Assembly (NCBI GenBank): GCA_044229845.1
Contig: JBGASG010000002.1
Span: forward strand, 1 to 64,000
Reading direction: 5' to 3'
Length of the DNA: 64,000 bases
DNA from: Candidatus Obscuribacteraceae bacterium
GTDB taxonomy: Bacteria; Cyanobacteriota; Vampirovibrionia; Obscuribacterales; Obscuribacteraceae
Shown: positions 60,154 to 64,000 of the stretch, in pieces
How the letters are laid out: every line of letters begins with the position of its first letter
Numbering within the stretch: position 1 is the stretch's first letter
Position numbers and translations under genes: made by a program
Notes under the pieces: model-generated
Databases searched by the model: none
The model's input: only the letters and a program-made list of their open reading frames with translations
What the model was told of the DNA's origin: nothing

Positions 60154-60606
60154 TTACTGCAGCTTCGGCGGCACGGCCTTAGCAGCGAGTTCCGGGAATG
60201 GGCTGCTCGCCTTCAGTTCAGCTAAGCGGCGTTCGCCGATCTCTTGCAGAATCTTGCCTTTCTTCACGGCTTTCTGGTCGTTGGTTTTCTCGCCCAACTT
60301 GACCATCGCAACAGCCTTCAAAATCAGTCTTTGTGCGCTGGCAATATTGGATTTGTATTTCTTGCGCATGCGCTTTTCGTCATCGGTGAATTCCGGGTTG
60401 CCACCAGGCATGGCACCAAGTTGCTGCGCAGCGGTCGCGGCTCCGGGTGGTGGTGCTGCCGGATCGACGTTGCCGGGCGAGGCGCCGGCATTGCCCACGT
60501 TGATAGGCGCGGAGCCACCGAAAAAATCATTGGGGCCGGCAAATGCTGGTGCGATCGACGTCAGTGCAATAGCGGACGCGACTAGCAATTGGATTGTCGA
60601 TTTCAT
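60154..60606 (-). CDS. Secreted hypothetical protein
   Basis: Signal peptide (AFA); GGAG RBS. Confidence 0.8.
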   Translation of the reverse strand: MKSTIQLLVASAIALTSIAPAFAGPNDFFGGSAPINVGNAGASPGNVDPAAPPPGAATAAQQLGAMPGGNPEFTDDEKRMRKKYKSNIASAQRLILKAVAMVKLGEKTNDQKAVKKGKILQEIGERRLAELKASSPFPELAAKAVPPKLQ

Positions 60607-60635
60607 AGTTGTCTCCGTTTCCGGTTTCGTTTGTT

Positions 60636-62219
60636 CTACTTTTTCGATGATACCGCAGTTAGTGCGGGCGGATCTTTCTTGTGAAAATCAGTGGACTGTT
60701 CGAAGGCGTGCGCTGCCTTAAGCAGCATGGCATCACTAAGTGGTGCACCTAACAACTGTAAGCCGATTGGAAGCCCGCCTTCGCCATAACCACAGGGTAA
60801 TGAGATTCCGGGTATGCCGGCCAGGTTCGCGGGTATCGTTGCAATATCGGACAGGTACATTTGCAACGGATCGTCGACCTTGGATCCGACTTCGAACGCC
60901 ACCGTGGGTGACGTTGGACACAGCAGTATATCGAACTTCTTGAATTCCAGGTCGAACTCGTTTTTAATCAGCCGGCGCACCTGCAGGGCTTTGCCGTAAA
61001 AGGCTTCGTAGTAACCCGAAGACAGCGCATAGGTGCCCAGGATTATTCTTCTCTTAACTTCAGCCCCGAAGCCTTCACGTCTCGTATTGAAGTACATCGA
61101 CAACAAATCAGGAGCATCGGTAGACCGGTGTCCGTAGCGCACACCGTCATACCGAGCCAGGTTAGCGGACGCTTCCGCAGTCGCTACCAGGTAATAGACG
61201 GGCAGCGCATGTTTCAGCATCGGCATGCTGGTTTCTTCAATGTGCGCGCCCAGTGCTGCAAATTTATCGGCTGCCGCGCGAATGGCTGTGCGCACGTCGT
61301 CGGCAATTCCTTCGCCGAGCAATTCAGAAATGATCCCGATGCGCAATGGGCTGCCGTCGGAGACGCCACATTTCGATGCGGGCAGCGAAGGCTCGTCAGC
61401 GTCAGCGTCGGCATCAGTCCCGGGTCGCCCGAGCACCGCCAGGTATTCGCCCGCATTGGTATCAGGGTAGGAAGTCGAGTCACGATGGTCATGTCCGGCG
61501 ATCACACTCAATGTGGTGGCGGTATCGCGCACGGTGCGGCCGAATGCTCCAATCTGGTCCAACGAAGAGGCATATGCCACCAGACCAAATCGGGAGACGG
61601 TGCCGTATGTCGGTTTCATCCCAACCACGCCGCAAAAAGATGCTGGTTGCCTGATACTGCCGCCGGTGTCGCTGCCTAACGCAACCACCGACTGTCCTGC
61701 CGACACGGCCGCTGCACTGCCGCCGCTGCTGCCGCCGGGGACGCGCTTCAAATTCCAGGGGTTGCGCGTTACTTTGAAGGCACTGTTCTCTGTGGACGAG
61801 CCCATCGCAAATTCATCGCAGTTCGTCTTGCCGATGATGATCGCGCCGTGCGCAGCAAGTTTCTCAGCGACTGTCGCATCGTAGGGCGGCACGAAGTTTT
61901 CCAATATCTTCGACGAGCACGTGGTCGGATAGCCTTGGACGCAGATGTTGTCCTTCAAGGCAGTCGGAATGCCGGCCAGTGCGGGCAACGACTCGACACC
62001 TTTGACCGAGGACAAAATGCGGTCTACCTCGCCGGCTTGTTTGAGAGCCAGCTCGTCGGTGACGCAGTTGAACGCCGCCAGGTCGCCATCGGTGGCGCGA
62101 ATATGATCGAGGTGCGCCTTCGTGATTTCGACGGCGCTCACTTCTTTCTTGGTCAGCATCCGATGCAGTTCGAGGACGCTGCGCCCGACTAGCGAGCGAG
62201 AGTCGCCGGAACTACTCAC
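60636..62219 (-). CDS. gatA: Asp/Glu-tRNA amidotransferase subunit A
   Basis: [31 protein letters not shown] motifs. Confidence 0.96.
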   Translation of the reverse strand: MSSSGDSRSLVGRSVLELHRMLTKKEVSAVEITKAHLDHIRATDGDLAAFNCVTDELALKQAGEVDRILSSVKGVESLPALAGIPTALKDNICVQGYPTTCSSKILENFVPPYDATVAEKLAAHGAIIIGKTNCDEFAMGSSTENSAFKVTRNPWNLKRVPGGSSGGSAAAVSAGQSVVALGSDTGGSIRQPASFCGVVGMKPTYGTVSRFGLVAYASSLDQIGAFGRTVRDTATTLSVIAGHDHRDSTSYPDTNAGEYLAVLGRPGTDADADADEPSLPASKCGVSDGSPLRIGIISELLGEGIADDVRTAIRAAADKFAALGAHIEETSMPMLKHALPVYYLVATAEASANLARYDGVRYGHRSTDAPDLLSMYFNTRREGFGAEVKRRIILGTYALSSGYYEAFYGKALQVRRLIKNEFDLEFKKFDILLCPTSPTVAFEVGSKVDDPLQMYLSDIATIPANLAGIPGISLPCGYGEGGLPIGLQLLGAPLSDAMLLKAAHAFEQSTDFHKKDPPALTAVSSKK

Positions 62220-63469
62220 GGCACGTACTTCTTAAAGACGAGGCTGGCGTTGTGACCGCCGAAGCCGAAGCTGTTCGACATGACTCCGGTGACATCGACA
62301 TCGCGGCGCGCCGTATTCGGCACGTAATCGAGGTCGCACAGCTCATCAGGGTTATCCAGGTTAATCGTCGGCGGAACGGCGCGCTCGGCAATAGCCAGAC
62401 ACGAAATCGCAGCTTCGATGCCGCCGGCGGCGCCCAGCAAGTGACCGGTCATCGACTTGGTCGACGACACCGGCACCTTCGCGGCATGGTCGCCGAAGAC
62501 GCGCTTGATGGCTGCGGTTTCGGCGCGATCGCCCAGCGTGGTCGAGGTGCCGTGGGCGTTGATGTAATTGATGTCGCTGGGTTTCATACCACCGTCTTCC
62601 AGCGCGATCATCATGGAGCGCGCCGCGCCTTCACCGTCTCCGCAAGGAGCAACGATATCGTAGGCGTCGCCGGTGGCGCCGTAGCCTGCCACCTCGGCAT
62701 AAATCTTGGCTCCGCGCTTGGCGGCGAACTTGGCGTTTTCCAGCATGAGCACGGCGCCGCCTTCAGCCATGACGAAACCGTCGCGGTCTTTGTCGAAGGG
62801 ACGCGATGCCTTTTCGGGCTCGTCATTGCGGGTCGAGAGCGTGCGCGCGGCGGCGAATCCCGCCATGCACAGCGGCGTAATCGGCGCTTCGGAACCGCCG
62901 GCAAACATCACATCGGCGTCGCCGCGCTTGATGATGTTGCAGGCATCGCCTATCGAGTGCGCCGACGTGGCGCATGCGGTCACCGAACACAAGTTCGGTC
63001 CCTTGGCGTTATAGATAATCGAAACCCAGCCCGCCGCCATATTAACGATCAGCATCGGCACCGTAAATGGTGACACGCGATCCGGACCGCGCTCGAGCAT
63101 CGCCCGGTAATTCTTTTCGAAGGTGGACAATCCGCCTGCTGCCGAACCGATGACGACGCCGAAACGCTCCGGCTTCAGATCGGCTCGCGCCGCTTCCAGT
63201 CCGGAGTCTTCATATGCCAGCTTTGCTGCCGCCACCGCAAACTGAATAAAGCGGTCCTGGCGCTTCGCCGACTTCGCATCCGTATATTGCAGCGGATCGA
63301 ACTCAGTGATCTCACCGGCAATTTTGCAAGCCGACATTTCGTCGGGCTTGAGCAGTGTCACGGTGCGGATGCCGGACTTACCATTTAATAGATTCGGCCA
63401 GAAAGTATCCTTTCCGATACCTACTGACGAAAGAACACCGATACCTGTAACAACAACGCGCTCTGCCAT
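62216..63469 (-). CDS. fabF: Beta-ketoacyl-ACP synthase II
   Basis: [27 protein letters not shown] motifs. Confidence 0.97.
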   Translation of the reverse strand: MAERVVVTGIGVLSSVGIGKDTFWPNLLNGKSGIRTVTLLKPDEMSACKIAGEITEFDPLQYTDAKSAKRQDRFIQFAVAAAKLAYEDSGLEAARADLKPERFGVVIGSAAGGLSTFEKNYRAMLERGPDRVSPFTVPMLIVNMAAGWVSIIYNAKGPNLCSVTACATSAHSIGDACNIIKRGDADVMFAGGSEAPITPLCMAGFAAARTLSTRNDEPEKASRPFDKDRDGFVMAEGGAVLMLENAKFAAKRGAKIYAEVAGYGATGDAYDIVAPCGDGEGAARSMMIALEDGGMKPSDINYINAHGTSTTLGDRAETAAIKRVFGDHAAKVPVSSTKSMTGHLLGAAGGIEAAISCLAIAERAVPPTINLDNPDELCDLDYVPNTARRDVDVTGVMSNSFGFGGHNASLVFKKYVP

Positions 63470-63594
63470 GTGTCTCTACGATTCTGGTCTACGATTCTGG
63501 ATACTAGCGAATCTGCGAAAAAATTACCTGATCAATCGTGTGGGCGAGACCTGCGCCTCGCCCGAACACTTTGATCAATGCTTCAGACCACGTT

Positions 63595-63834
63595 CTAGAC
63601 GTGCTGAGAGATGTACTTGACGGCTTCGCCGACTGTCGTGATCTTTTCGGCGTCTTCGTCAGGAATTTCCATTCCGAATTCTTCTTCGAGAGCCATCACG
63701 AGTTCGACGGTGTCGAGTGAGTCGGCGCCAAGGTCTTTGGTAAAGCTGGCTTCCATGGTCACTTCGTCAGCGTTCACGTTCAACTGTGCAACGGCAACCT
63801 TCTTTACTCTTTCGAAGGCTTCCTTCTCTTCCAT
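63595..63834 (-). CDS. acpP: Acyl carrier protein
   Basis: [22 protein letters not shown]. Confidence 0.97.
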   Translation of the reverse strand: MEEKEAFERVKKVAVAQLNVNADEVTMEASFTKDLGADSLDTVELVMALEEEFGMEIPDEDAEKITTVGEAVKYISQHV

Positions 63835-64000
63835 TTACAACCTCTCCTATCAGACTCTCAAAAACCGCTTGGAGCGACCTGTTTACGACTTCTCACTCAA
63901 GAGCCACTAAGGATATCACGGTGGTTGAAGGCGGCAATTGTCAGCGGGAGGTTATGCTAACCAAGTTTGCGGGAGATGCATTTCAGACTGTCTGTTGTGC

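Noticed and set aside
60636..63834. acpP-fabF as a polyketide cluster, and gatA without gatB/gatC
   Set aside because: The sequences look like primary fatty-acid synthesis genes, and dispersed gat genes are common in cyanobacterial lineages.

Overview
A GC-rich bacterial chromosomal window with about 55 CDS. No rRNA, tRNA or CRISPR array was recognised. Gene content (HEAT-repeat PepN, RRM protein, CtpA, PspA/IM30, Ser/Thr kinases, caspase-like protease) suggests a non-photosynthetic cyanobacterial relative such as Vampirovibrionia/Obscuribacterales; this is inference only. Recognisable genes are rtcB, phoD, rmuC, pspA, ctpA and acpP-fabF-gatA. A complete IS200/IS605 element (29233-30990) has divergent tnpA/tnpB, and its TAM (TGAC) and guide can be read from its ends. 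The best candidate for an undescribed system is 43995-57492: four large proteins without signal peptides, carrying effector-like domains (YD-like repeats with LysM, zincin, clostripain, and YD-like repeats with annexin and papain-like domains), which share an N-terminal [LS][PN]x[LI]x[LI]xD motif. Other observations are a back-to-back deletion scar (RND and receiver-domain remnants), three frameshifted genes in 37.7-43.3 kb, two promoters with spacer palindromes, a degenerate GIY-YIG gene coupled to the RRM gene, and a lower-GC islet with tandem CxxCxGxG mini-proteins. All domain calls come from motif recognition by eye, not database searches.
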